The notes under the pieces are model-generated. The model had not been told where the DNA came from and made no database searches. It saw nothing but the letters and a program-made list of their open reading frames with translations. The position numbers and the translations under genes are program-made. A stretch of DNA of 64,000 nt from Octopus vulgaris (lineage: Eukaryota): NCBI GenBank assembly GCA_951406725.2, contig OX597820.1:2046001-2110000 (forward strand), read 5' to 3'. Within the stretch, counting starts at the first letter, position 1; every line of letters begins with the position of its first letter. Below, in pieces: positions 1 to 13,844 of the stretch.

Positions 1-27
1 GAACTATATAGAGATAGGCAGACTTAC

Positions 28-91
28 TTCCTTGAACCGACCACACCATTGCTAAGAATAGCAGAAAATATGTAATATTCCTCTCTGCCAT
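28..91 (-). CDS. First coding exon of a host gene encoding a signal-peptide-like N-terminus (MAERNITYFLLFLAMVWSVQG +1 nt); gene continues left of the window
   Basis: Minus strand reads AAAC-ATG-G (good invertebrate Kozak context). In-frame TAA upstream at 134-136. 21 codons with charged n-region, hydrophobic h-region (YFLLFLAMVW) and V-x-G cleavage motif, followed by a perfect GTAAGT donor (22-27) in phase 1. Too short for the ORF track. Confidence 0.75.
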
Positions 92-239
92 GTTTATGCA
101 AAAGCGACGGCGATATTCTGTTTTCAGTTTTACTTAAAATAATTCTGTTTCAAAGTCTAAAAAAAAAATCGTGTATTTCACGTTTGTTGTGCGGTGGTAG
201 TTTGTTGTCTGGAAAATGCACCGCACATATGGATAGAGA

Positions 240-279
<40 letters not shown>

Positions 280-520
280 AGACAGGTGCGAGAGAGAGAG
301 AGGGGGAGATACAGACGAGAGATGTAAGGCGACGGCGGCGACGGCGGCGGCGGCAACTTCGACAATACGCACAAAAGGAAGGTGAGATGAGGGGAGTTTT
401 GTGGACGGGGTTTTCATATCCGCTTTGAATTTTCTATAGCGTTTCACCACGGCCCCTCTCTCCTTTTTATTCTTTGTCTCTCTCAACATCTCTCTGTACC
501 TTGTTGACCCCTTATTATTA
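92..520 (-). promoter_or_regulatory. Putative 5'UTR/promoter (or intron end) of the left-edge gene
   Basis: Unique, CpG-containing sequence with a (CT)n tract (243-303), GCC/GTC triplets (328-354) and a TATAGAAA box on the minus strand (431-438). Alternatively T10-AG at 157-168 is a splice acceptor. Confidence 0.4.
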
Positions 521-594
521 TTATTTTTGTTAAGGGGTTCAATTGAGGCTCACCTGCATACCTCGCTCTTTCCTGTCGACGTACGCGTTTATTT

Positions 595-597
<3 letters not shown>

Positions 598-689
<92 letters not shown>

Positions 690-694
690 GAATC

Positions 695-732
<38 letters not shown>

Positions 733-758
733 TATATATATATATATATATATGGATC

Positions 759-817
<59 letters not shown>

Positions 818-901
818 GTGAATCTATCTACACACACACACACACACACATGTATATATATATATATATATGAATCTATCTACACACACACACACACACA
901 C

Positions 902-940
<39 letters not shown>

Positions 941-990
941 TCTATCTACACACACACACACACACACACATGTATATATATATATATACA
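598..990. repeat. Compound microsatellite with higher-order unit (TA)n-TGAATCTATCTA-(CA)n, five copies
   Basis: Linker TG(A/G)ATCTATCTA recurs at about 689, 753, 819, 871 and 937 between (TA)n and (CA)n runs. Confidence 0.9.
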
Positions 991-1075
991 TCCAGAAATA
1001 TCAATATCAATATTTACGTGTGTGTGTGTTTGTTTATGTATATACATATTTATAGTAATAAGTACAATTTATATG

Positions 1076-1112
<37 letters not shown>

Positions 1113-1424
1113 GTATGTATACTCGCACGCATGTGCATGAATATAATGATTACAAATTTGAATAATAAGTTTCTTTTATTTATTCGTGTGTGTGTGTGTG
1201 TGTGTGTGCGTGTATGTTATACATGAGTGTATATAATATACATTTAGTACACAGATTGTGTATCATATTTATAATATAATTTATATAATTATATACATTA
1301 TGTTATATATCTTTATTCCATACAGTATATACATGTATACATATTTATATACATTCATCTACACAAACACACACACACATATACATAAATATATACACAC
1401 ACACATACATGTGTATATATGTAT

Positions 1425-1456
<32 letters not shown>

Positions 1457-1505
1457 GTATGTATACATACATACATACATACATACATACATAAGAATAG
1501 TAATA

Positions 1506-1579
1506 ACAGTGACTTCGAAGTTTCGGCCCGCTGGCCATCATCGATCCGATCGATGATGGCTTAACTTCGAAGTCACTGT
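1506..1579. ncRNA. Short foldback containing a minimal hammerhead-like motif (minus strand, 1507-1544)
   Basis: Minus: TCGATGA-T-GGCC-AGCG-GGCC-GAAA-CTTCGAAG-TC-ACTG, with palindromic stem III. The right arm is an internally deleted inverted copy. The 5' strand of stem I is lost at the inversion junction. Confidence 0.55.
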
Positions 1580-1839
1580 CGTTGCTCTTCTTGATAAAAA
1601 AAAATAATACAACAAATTTTCAGTAATCCTTCAGTTGAATGCAAAATCGCATTTTATTATAACATATTATAAAAGCGGCGGGTGAGCTTCCAGAATCGTT
1701 ACCCCGTTTCATCGTTTTAGGGTCCATAAAGCAGGTAACAGTCGGGTACCAGGATCGATATAATCGAATAGCAACACTCACACAAAATTATGACTTGCCC
1801 CCCCCCCCACACATATATATATATTAAATAAATAGTTAT

Positions 1840-1870
<31 letters not shown>

Positions 1871-1893
1871 AATTATATAAATGGAGCAGGGCA

Positions 1894-2121
1894 TACGAGG
1901 TAGGGGGTGGGGTGAAAAGGTTTCTCACTTTGAGTAAAGGAAAATACAGGAGGATCAGTAAACTAGGATTTTATTCAACACCCCCCCTCCCAGACTTACA
2001 CGCTTATTGCAGACGTCCTTCAGATTTTCTAAGCCCTTTAAAAGAACTCGGAAGATTGGGCATCCAACTAAGCCCAATTGCGATACCCTTAAAGCGGGGA
2101 ACATTTCAGCACCCACTCGTG
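1894..2121. mobile_element. Degenerate mariner-type MITE
   Basis: Imperfect terminal inverted repeats TACGAGG...GGGGTGAAAAGGTT / AACATTTCAGCACCCACTCGT resembling mariner ends. Confidence 0.4.
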
Positions 2122-2129
2122 TATGTATA

Positions 2130-2210
<81 letters not shown>

Positions 2211-2215
2211 GTATG

Positions 2216-2255
<40 letters not shown>

Positions 2256-2513
2256 TTGGAAACTTTATATAACAAAGAGTCCAATCAACAGGTTACTGAA
2301 GATGCTTCCGAAGGCGGCGGCGAGTTGGCAGAGTGGTTAGGGCGTCGGGCGAAATGCTTAACGCCATTTTATCCGTCTTTACGGTCTGAGTTCAAATTCC
2401 GCTGAGGTCGACTTTGCCTTTCATCCTTTGAAGGATTTGTTAAATACATCCTCACATGTTGAGTGCTACATTCTTTCTTTTTCCTACACACGCGCTTGTA
2501 AATATCAATCTAT

Positions 2514-2557
<44 letters not shown>

Positions 2558-2559
2558 GC

Positions 2560-2791
2560 TTTTATTCTTTTACCTGTTTCAGTCATTTAACTGCGGCCAT
2601 GCTGGAGTACCGCCTTTTAGTCGCACAAATCGATCCCAGGACTTATTCTTTGTAAGCCTAGTACTTATTCTATCGGTACTCTTATGCCGAACCGCTAGAT
2701 TACAGGGACGTAAACACATCAACATCGGTTGTCAAGCGATGGTGTGTGAGACAAACCCAGACACACAAACATATATATATGTATATATATG

Positions 2792-2851
<60 letters not shown>

Positions 2852-2944
2852 CATATATGCATACGCATATGTACATACATCTATACGTATATGTATATAT
2901 ATATATATATTTATAAATATATATATATATGCATATGTGGGCAC

Positions 2945-2986
<42 letters not shown>

Positions 2987-3141
2987 CGGGCTTCTTTCAG
3001 TTTCCATCTACCAAATCCACTCGCAAAGCTTTGGTCGTCCTGAGGCTATAGTAGAAGACACTTGCCCGAGGTGCCACGCAGTGGGACTGAACCCAGAACC
3101 ATGTGGTTGGGGAACAAACTTCTTACCACACAGCCACGCCT
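2560..3141 (-). mobile_element. tRNA-derived CORE-like SINE with internal microsatellite (family A). Other copies at about 5030-5410(-), 6820-6979(-), 12627-12790(+), 13259-13625(+), 14150-14460(-), 20500-20890(-), 21636-22012(+), 22020-22420(-), 24668-24948(+), 27075-27481(-), 30919-31070(+), 32180-32370(-), 33660-34023(-), 34815-35185(-), 48020-48300(+), 52840-53225(+)
   Basis: Recurrent head GGCTGTGTGGTAAG...GGGTTCAGTCCCA (A/B boxes), CORE-like ACCTTGGGCAAGTGTCTT, central (TA/TG)n, and tail ...GGTGCTCCAGCATGGCCGCAGTCAAATGACTGAAACAAGTAAAAG. Confidence 0.9.
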
Positions 3142-3691
3142 ATAGGTTTGGTGAACAAGTTTGGTAAGTGCCAATGTACGATAGTCTGGGCCTTTCAGTC
3201 ACTCTGTTACTTCTGCTAAATATTGATTCCAAGTTTTGGCACAAGGCCAGCCAGTTCGGGGGTGGGGGTGGGCGGATAAGACCTTTCCATCGACCCCCAA
3301 TACTCAACTGGTACATATTTCATCAACTCCGAAAGGATGAAAGGCAAAGTAGGGCTCGGTGGGATTCGAACTCAGTTTCTTCTGCTAAATAGTAATCATA
3401 CTTCTCTGCCGCCGACCAATAGTAAAACAGCTCACCTTTTCCCACCTTCTTTCAACTACTTATTCATTCTTGGTCCTCCTCTGCCCTCGCCTCCTCGCCT
3501 CCTCCTCCCACCCACCCACTCACTCCCCCATGAACTTTCTATCACATCTTTCTGTCTCTTATTGACTCCTCGCCCTCCATCTCTCTCTCTCCCTCCCTCC
3601 CCCTCTCCATTTCTATTTTAATCGCTCAACACACATCTTTCGATCATAAGCACTTCTTTCTCATTCCCAATCTCTCTCTCCTCATTTACAC

Positions 3692-3807
<116 letters not shown>

Positions 3808-3986
3808 ACACACACACGCAGCCATTTCAAACCAACGCTTTCCCATTATTTCCTCATACTTATTCGCTGTTTGCCTTCCATTATAAACATAATTATCCCT
3901 CTGCCTTCCTCTCTTTGTACCTGCCTTTGTCCCTCATTTGTTCATCACCTCTTCCTCTCCCGCTTTTCTTCGGACACTGCTTCCCT

Positions 3987-4620
<634 letters not shown>

Positions 4621-4984
4621 CGATTGCCCTCTTACATCCCTCCCCCCGCAACGAACACATTCTCTTCCTGTTGCTTTAAAACCCTAATCCCTTTTGCGCA
4701 TGTGTGAACCGACATACACACACTAACCCATCAGAAACACACACACACTTCCAACCCAATAACACAATACACACTGACACACACACACACACACGGACAC
4801 ACACGGACACACACACCGCGCATGCACACAAACTTGCACGTACACACATACACATCATCGTACCTGTATGTCCCATGGATGCGAGAAGGATTTACCAGGA
4901 TTCAAGACTTTTTCAGCTTTCATAATAAAATAGTATATATATAAATATATCCCCCCTCTCTCTCTCACTCTCTCTCTCTCCCTC

Positions 4985-5029
<45 letters not shown>

Positions 5030-5440
5030 TTATATATTCTTTACGTGATTCATTCATTTTGACTGTGGCCATGCTGGAGCACCGCCTTTAGTCGAACAAA
5101 TTGACCCCAGGAGCTTTTCTTTGTAAGTCTAGTACTTATACTATCGGTCCCTTTTGACGAACCACCAAGTTACGGGGACGTAAACACACCAACATAGTTG
5201 TCAAGTGATAGTGGAGGTACAAACACAGAAACACAAATATATATACACGACGGGCTTCTTTCAATTTCCGTCTACCAAATCCACTCACAAGGCTTTGGTC
5301 AGCCCGAGGCTATAGTAGAATACACTTACCCAAGGTACCACGCAGTGGGACTGAGCCCGGAACCATGAGATTGATAAGCAAGCTTCCTACCAAACAACCA
5401 CGCCTGCGCCTATACACACACACACACACAGATATATATA

Positions 5441-5486
<46 letters not shown>

Positions 5487-5487
5487 G

Positions 5488-5528
<41 letters not shown>

Positions 5529-5680
5529 CTTTTAGCTTTTATTTGTTTCAGGCTATGCTGGGGCACTGCGGCCATGCGAGGTCACTGCCTTGAAGAATTT
5601 TAATCGAATCAATCTCAGCACTGAAATCAGATTTATGTACTTGCGGAACGAGCTTCTTACCACAGCCACGCCTCCGCCTC

Positions 5681-5756
<76 letters not shown>

Positions 5757-5788
5757 TGTGCATGTGGCTATATGTATAAATACATAAC

Positions 5789-5835
<47 letters not shown>

Positions 5836-6349
5836 ACGTATATATATACTTATATATACATATGTGTGTGTGTGTTCCCAGCACAAATTAACTTTATTTT
5901 CATTTACTGAAACTGACACAATTCTCTATTCTTATCTCTCCCTCTCTCTCTCTCCACCCAGCCCCCTCTCTATCTCTCCCTCTCTCTCTTTTCTCCCTCT
6001 CTTTCACTTTCTCATTAAAAGTGTATAAAGTGGTCCGGTGGGATACGATCATATACACCCGCCTACACACCTACACATATGCATACACACACATATATAT
6101 ATATATACGAGTGAGAGGACAAACAAAACAAAAAAGGCACTCATTGCATTTAATAGGAGTTACCTATATATATAGACAGGTGTGTGTGTGTGTGTGTTTG
6201 TATGACTTAAATTAGTTTTGCAAGCTTCTGATAGAAACGTGGTTCAGTAAGGCTCAGATTATCAGTAATCTGTGCCTGAATAAGCCAGCAAAACCTCTAA
6301 GTCTCATGGAGCCAAACCATACGGTGAAAAAATAATTATGCATACATGC

Positions 6350-6402
<53 letters not shown>

Positions 6403-6624
6403 TAATTCTGTGTTCGTTCATACCGAAGAGCGTAGGCTCGAAACGTAAAAAACTTTCTCACTTCCCGACTGTAAAACATATATATATACGCAAAAATTTC
6501 TTATATTTATATATGTATATATATATAGATAGATATATATATATAAATAAATATAAGAATTTTTTGCGTAATGAGATAAAAAGAACCAAGGCTGTGTAGA
6601 TATTAGATCAGTTATAGATAGAAG

Positions 6625-6676
6625 GTCTTACAGCTGTTTGCAGGATATTTATTAATTATATCCCTTCATGGGAGAC
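6625..6676 (-). ncRNA. Degenerate minimal hammerhead motif in a PLE-type terminus
   Basis: GTCT-CCCATGA-AGGGATAT-loop-ATATCCT-GCAAA-CAGCTG-TA-AGAC: stems I-III intact, core mutated. Small inverted repeat next to it at 6487-6570. Confidence 0.45.
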
Positions 6677-6979
6677 GGTGTGAGAAGATGGTTAAGTAAT
6701 AGTTAATTTAGATGTGATACAAAATAGAGAGTGAGGTGGAAGAAAGAAAATAGATGTGAAAATAGATGTGAGATATTGAATTTGTAGATCCAATTTTTTA
6801 AGATGTATATATATATAATACGGGCTTCTTTCAGTTTCTGTCTACCAAATCCATTCACAAGACTTTGGTCGGCCCGAGGCTATAGTAGAAGAAGACACTA
6901 GCCAAAGGTGCCACGCAGTGAGACTGAACGTGGACCGTGTCGTTGGGAAACAAGCTACTTACCACACAGCCACTCCTGC

Positions 6980-7076
<97 letters not shown>

Positions 7077-7253
7077 AAAAATACAAACTGGGACAAGAAC
7101 GCAAAAACATTTAGAAGACGATACAAAAAACACGGACGGGACATACGAAGCCTTCAATCTTCAGTCAAGAACCGGATCATCCTCGCAATTTCGGCTGTAT
7201 GTATGTATGTATGTATATATAGATATATATATATCCATACATACATACATACA

Positions 7254-7345
<92 letters not shown>

Positions 7346-7794
7346 AAGTGAGAGAGATAGCGGCAGAGATGTAGAAAGACAGATAATCAGCAGTCACCTT
7401 GCGATATATATTTACACGGAATACAAATTACAGATTATAGAATAAAAGAAAAAATAAAACAAACAGAGGAGAATAATTCTGCAAAGCCTTCGCTTTCTTC
7501 TATTCTCTTGTATTTTTCTCCTTATTCTATAATCTCTATTTTGTATTCCTTGTAAATACACATCGCAAATCTACCGGTATTTAGCTGCCATTTTGCCTCC
7601 GTAATAGCTCAATGAGAATTGTTGTTACCGGTAACTTTCGACGCAGAGGCGCCGGTCCTCGACTTAGAGGCGTTGAAGTTTAAACTCCCATCCATTTCAG
7701 CAATGACCTGTGTTATATGCACTAAGCTTATTTTAGTTCCACCTACACACACACACACACATACACACATATGCATTCACACATACACACACAA

Positions 7795-7878
<84 letters not shown>

Positions 7879-10800
7879 GTAAGGAAGGAGGCGTGACAAT
7901 ATTGACGATAGACTCAGCTGATAAACCGGTCGTCCCACACGTGACAGCAGTTGTTCGACACAAGCCCACAGGTCGGAAATTGTTGGACACTGCACGAGTG
8001 CGTGCAGAACGGTTTCGTCGCTCTGACCGCATCTCGGGCAGGTCGGCCCCGTGTTTCTCGAGCCATGCCTATAGAGCCTATCCCGAACGGGTAGCGCTTC
8101 TCGGTAGCACCGCCAGGCCAGGGATCTCTGGAAGTTGTCCATAGGTCCCGGCCCGAAAGTCGCTTCAAACAGGCGGGTCAGGTATTCCTCGTCGACGCCC
8201 AGGTTTGCCCCAAGATCGTCGTCGTACCTCCCCTCCACTAATCCCCTATAGAATGCTTTGGTTGTGTTGAAGTCACTCAAGGTCGACCCGAGACGGCAGA
8301 GTTGCTTGAGAGCAACGCGACACTCGCGGTGCCATTCGCCCTTCCTCGGCCTCTTTTTGATCCACGACTGCAGTTCGGTCATGGAGACGAGTTGCGGGAA
8401 TGCGTGCCTCACAAACGGCGACCACACCTGTTCACCGTCGTCTACATAGAGCCGGAGATGTCGCAGTCTCAGCGCGTGTCTGCGCATCATCAACCAAGGC
8501 ATGCCCAGCCCTCCTTTTAACGGGTGTTGACAGCAAATGGATCGCTTGACCATCGGGACACATCCTTTCCACAAGAAGCGGAAGAGAATGCGTTCTAGTT
8601 TGGTGATGGTAGGGTCGGGACAAGGTACGACGGTCAGACGGTAGTAGATGATGGACGCGATGTACGTGTTCGCCACCTCCGCCCGACCTTTTAGGGACAG
8701 TTTCCTCTCGGCCCATTGCCGGGCTAGAGTGACCACCCTACTCGTTATCTCGTTCCAGTTCTTCTCCATTTGGAGGTCCGGACCGAACCAAACCCCGAGC
8801 AACTCAACCGGGCCGTCCGTCCGGCGTCCAACGACGGAGGTACTGGTGGACGGCATGGGCTTGCTTCTCCAGGTGCCGAGCCGCAAGCCCACTGACTTTT
8901 CCCGGTTGATTTTCGCTCCTGTCACCGCTTCGTAGTTTTTCAGTGTCTCGCCGATCAGTTCGATGTGCTCGTGGCTTGACACTATGACGGTGACGTCGTC
9001 CGCGTATGCAGACACGCTTGTCCCGCATCCCAATTCTCGCGGGATGCCCCTCAAAGTCGCCAGCTTCCGCAGTAGTGACTCGAGAGTCAATATGTATAGA
9101 AGCGACGAGAGGGGGCATCCCTGACGGACCGAACGTGCAATGTCGAAAGGTCTCGATGGATGTCCATTTACGCAAACTACCGAACGGATGCCTCTGTACG
9201 AGGCAGCTATCCAGCCGCGGAGTACGGGACCGAAACCAGCCGCTCTCTGGACTGCCTCCAAGTATCAATGGTCTACCCTATCGAAGGCTTTCGATTGATC
9301 CAAGTTGATCAGGGCCCCACCCATGCCAGGTTCGTTAACTACCCTGTCTATGATGTAGCGCATCAGATGGAGGTTGTCATGGATGCTCCGGCCCGGCACG
9401 GCGCACGTTTGTGCCTTGTCGATCAGTTTCTCGATGACAAGCGGCAACCTCTTGGCTAACATCTTGGTCAAAATTTTCAGGTCTGCATTGAGCAGGGCGA
9501 TTGGTCTAAAGTTATCTATAATGTCCCCCTTGTTTGGATCTGTCTTCAGCAGCGTTACGGCTCCTCGACTCACAAAACCGGGTATGCTCCCGTTTTGCTG
9601 CCAGTTGCAGTATACCGCTGCCAAGACGTCTCCAAACAAGTCTGACATACAATTGTAAAACTCGTAGTGCAGACCATCCAAACTCGGCGATTTGTCTCTC
9701 GAGCATTCTGCCATTGCGTCCCGCACATCCGCCGCCGTGATGGCACCTTCGCAGCACTCTGCCTCTCTTGCCGAGAGTCGCGGTAGGCTGTGCAGGTAGG
9801 CACTGAAGTCCACCCTGCGTTCACGCTCGCCACTCGTCCCGTACAGTCGGGCAAAGTGCCGCTGAAATGCCTCGCACATCTTGCTGGGCTCGAGCAATTC
9901 GCGTCCTTGTTCATCTACCAGAGACCGAATGGTGGCTTTGTTGCCCTGCTGCGCCTCCGCCACCCGGGCCTCCCTCACGGCTCCAATACCTTCCATCCTT
10001 AGAGCACGCATCCTAGCCCTGACAGCACACCCTTCGTGTTTGGCGTTGAAATGTTGGTCAAGGGCCAACCTCGCCGCTAAAACGTCGGATGTGTTGCCGC
10101 TTCTTATTGCCTCTTCTAACTTCTTAACTAACTCACCCTCTACTCTATTTCTATCTACGGTTAGTGCCTTGCTATATCTAGTTGTTTCCGCTTTTACTGC
10201 TCTCTTGAGGGCGAACCACCATTTGTTGTTGACAATGGCTCCCGTTAAAGCCCTTTTTACTAACGTGTTGATTCTGTCTCTGAAAACCTGTCTGGACGGG
10301 AAAGATGCGTTCAGTTTCCAGTAACTGGGACCCTGTCTATGTGTCTTATCTAAGTCTAGCGTACACGTCACGAATTTGTGATCCGTGTAGCTGACTGTGT
10401 GGAATTGTGGACATCCTAATTTATCCCTGTCTACTGTCCTACACAGTATCCTATCTAGATACGATCTCGACGACCCACTGCGGTTGCTCCATGTCCACGT
10501 TGGTGCATTTGGGTGGTCGAGTCGGTACCTGTCAGACAGTTGGAATCGTCTGAGCAGGTCTCTGAGGCATTTGCATCCCCTTCTGTTTTTGTCTCTCCCC
10601 ACATAGTCTAGATGCGTGTCCAAGGTAGAATTCCAATCCCCCACTAAAAGTAAAGGACGAGACGTTCCCAGGAATACTTCTAGACGTCGAAAGAAATCCG
10701 GCCGACCTGTTAAAGGCGTGCGTAGACTGATACTAGTCGAAAAGCGCACCCATTGCTGCCGTCGACATCCAGAACGACCAGTCTACCCTCCGGGTCTACG

Positions 10801-10999
10801 AATATCGTCTTGACTTCGAGATCCAGGCTCTTCTGAAAAAGTAACGCGGTGCCACTACCGCCCATCCTCGGCAGACAGGGAGAAAAATAAATGTTAAACT
10901 GTCCGCCAAACATGGACTTTAGGGCCCGTGGCTCGTGGAGTCTGGTCTCACTTATGGCTATGATTCCCAAATCGTGTGACTTGATGTCACACGCTTTGG
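7879..10999 (-). mobile_element. Tx1/L1-clade LINE ORF2 fragment (APE endonuclease, reverse transcriptase, CCHC zinc finger), frameshifted and truncated at both ends
   Basis: ORF 10710-10970 ([16 protein letters not shown]); ORF 9265-10749 (GDWN, SYLDRI, YTDH, KSPSLDG, FRPIALLNADLKI, LDQSKAFDRVDH); ORF 7777-9261 (VRQGCPLS, AYADD, CPRC...H...C). Flanked by (GATA)n at 7795-7878 and 11000-11186. Confidence 0.93.
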
Positions 11000-11077
<78 letters not shown>

Positions 11078-11099
11078 CAGATAGATAGATAGACAGACT

Positions 11100-11186
<87 letters not shown>

Positions 11187-11899
11187 GTGTAAATGTTATC
11201 TTGAGACAATAAACGTTATAATGAACACAAAAATTACAGAGTGTGAGAAATATGATATTAGTTTAAAGCTAGAGAAGGAAGAAAATAATGTCTTAACGTT
11301 TCGGATATTAGTTAGTTGTCAGATAAAGGAGAAAGAGAAGCACAAAGAGAGAAAGTGAAACAGTGAGCGCATGAAATAAGAAGGGAGTACACACACATGT
11401 GTATGTGTACATAAATTTATATATACATATAGATATATATCTAAACACACGCGCGCACACGCATACACACACACACATGCCTGTATATATATTCACACCC
11501 CAGTTTCTAAATTTTACAAAATTTTACTCACGAGGTTTATTGTTCAGCCCAAACCTACTCGAATGGGTCAGTGGCAGGAATACTATGAATTTGGACTAAT
11601 AAATGATTGTATGTCCGTTCGTATTTCCGTAGACATGGTGAGGTAAGATTATAGGTGAGGAAAGCATTTAAGCTCTCTTCCACAAATTAAACACTAAAGA
11701 AATACAGTAAACCTTCGACGATCCCAGGTGTTGGGTCACAAAACCCACCGCGACAGGTGAAAATCCGCGAAGTAGAAACAGTGCTGTGCTGTATATTTTT
11801 TATTATTATTTTTATAATTTGTATATATTTTATTATACAAATTATAGGCTAGTCAATCATATTTGGTCTTTCATGAAAATCCCTCTCTTGTCATTCACT

Positions 11900-12371
11900 T
11901 GGTCCTACTCATTAATCATTCCCTGCATTTCTCAAATCAAAAACGCTTGCACGTTTGAAAGCCAAAACACATGATAACTCGTCTTCGCAAAGCACAAAAA
12001 TGCACCGAGTGATACAGACTGTCTGCAAATGCGCATGCGCATCCAACTGTCAGGTGTAAAATTTTCTCCGTCCAATCAAAAAACAGCTGTAGTCTAATGG
12101 TGTATCTAACTGTAAGCACGCACCACGTACAAATTTCTGTGTTTTAGCGATTTTGAATGGATATGCCCATAACTTATAGGCATAAGGGATCGGTTTATTG
12201 AATTTTTTAATGGCTTTCTGGGGTGACTGGGGAAATGAAAAGACTTTCACGACCACCCTCAGACAGTTTTGAAAGCCCATGGAAAATGCGAGCCTTTTAC
12301 GTGAAAAACTGTGGATTTGTATAAAGGACACACAGACACACAGACATTTTGCCGTTTAATAGATATAGAGA
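11900..12371 (-). mobile_element. Probable 5' part of a non-autonomous Helitron
   Basis: Minus strand begins a|TCTCTATATCTATTAAACGGCAAAATGTCTGTGTGTCTGTG, the same 5' architecture as the Helitrons at 44192 and 55279. No convincing CTAG-plus-hairpin 3' end found. Confidence 0.4.
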
Positions 12372-12378
12372 TTACTTC

Positions 12379-12590
12379 AAGGCAGCGAGCTGGCAGAATC
12401 GTTAGCACGCCGGGCGAAATGCTTAGCGGTATCTCGTCTGTCTTTCCGTTCTGAGTTCAAATCCCCCCAAGGTCGACTTTGCCTTTCATCCTTTCGAGGT
12501 CGATAAATTAAGTACCAGTTGCGTACTGAGGTCAATATAATCGACTCGTTCCTTTCCACAAAATTTCCGCCCCTGTGCTTAGAGTACAAA
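12379..12590 (+). mobile_element. tRNA-derived Meta/MESC-like SINE (family B). Other copies at about 1674-1790, 2312-2427, 3225-3378(-), 19550-19712(-), 24393-24550, 37600-37790, 38580-38783(-), 46735-47165 (two), 48394-48610, 63390-63596(-)
   Basis: Head AGGCGGCGAGCTGGCAGAATCGTTAG (A box), GAGTTCAAATTCC (B box), central GCCTTTCATCCTTTCGGGGTCGATAAATTAAGTACCAG resembling the Meta/MESC SINE core. Confidence 0.85.
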
Positions 12591-12836
12591 AGTATATTAG
12601 ATATTACTTCTACTAATATATTCATAGGCGCAGACATGGCTGTGTGGTTAATAAGTTCGCTTCCCAACCCCATGGTTTTAGGTTCAGTGCCACTGCGCGG
12701 CATCTTGGGTAAGTTCCTTCTACTACAGTCCCAAGCCGACCATTGCCTAATGAGTGAAGTTCGTAGAATGAAATCGTGGAAGCCGTCGTGTATATATATA
12801 TATATATATATACCTCGCTAAGATAAATATTTCAAT

Positions 12837-12905
12837 TACCTGAAGATTGACTGTAACCATAACTCGAATTATTACGAATTGGACAGCCATGAAACGATCG
12901 TAGTG
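12837..12905 (+). ncRNA. Minimal hammerhead motif with long stem II, followed by an AT-rich PLE-type tail
   Basis: TAC-CTGAAGA-TTGACTGT...ACAGCCAT-GAAA-CGATCG-TA-GTG, with palindromic stem III. Confidence 0.6.
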
Positions 12906-13036
12906 TTTTACTCATTATCTTTTATTAAACTTTTAATACTTTTGATATATATTTAAAATAATATAAATTAATTAATTTTATGTATTGGCTTAAGTTTTTC
13001 ATTGTTTGATTTGCCTAATAGTGGTTTTATCTCTAA

Positions 13037-13120
<84 letters not shown>

Positions 13121-13844
13121 CGTTGCCTCGATATACGACTTAATTTGTTCTCAGAGATCGTAAAGCAGAGCAATGATTTCCCATAGTAGCAATGTTATAA
13201 ATCGTAATTCATTCCCAGAAACATATTTAACCGGTAAAATTTATAAATAGTTGTAAATCAGGTGTGGCTGTGTGGTAAAAAGCTTGCTTACCAACCGCAT
13301 GGTTCCGAGTTCAGTCTCACTACATGGCACCTTGGGCAAGTGTCTTCTACTATAGCCTCGGGCCAACCAAAGCCTTGTGAGTGGATTTGGTAGATGGAAA
13401 CTGAAAGAAGCCCGTCGTATATGTGTGTGTTTCTTTGTGACTGTGCTTTCCCCGCACACACACCATCGCTTGACAACCGATGTTGATATGTTTATTTCCC
13501 CGTAACTTAGCGGTTCCGCAAAAGAGACCGATAGAATAAGTACCAGGCCTACAAAGAATATGTCTTGAGGTGTATTTGTTCGACTAAAATGGCCGCAGTC
13601 AAATGACTGAAACGAATAAAAGAATAAATGGCAATAAAACAACAGCAGAATGTAAAGAATATTTTATGTTAAGTAAAAAGAATTTCAAGATCCTTTATAA
13701 TAAAAGAACATTATTATTATTATTTTCTCAATCACTTTCACTCGCACTAGACGCATGCGCACACCCTCACTTATAGACGCGATCGCCGATTCACAAGCAT
13801 TCGTAGACGGACTTATAGATTTCATTTTAAAAAACAAATCTACA

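Noticed and set aside
7893-10813. Short antisense and alternate-frame ORFs over the Tx1 element
   Set aside because: Shadow ORFs of GC-rich LINE coding sequence.
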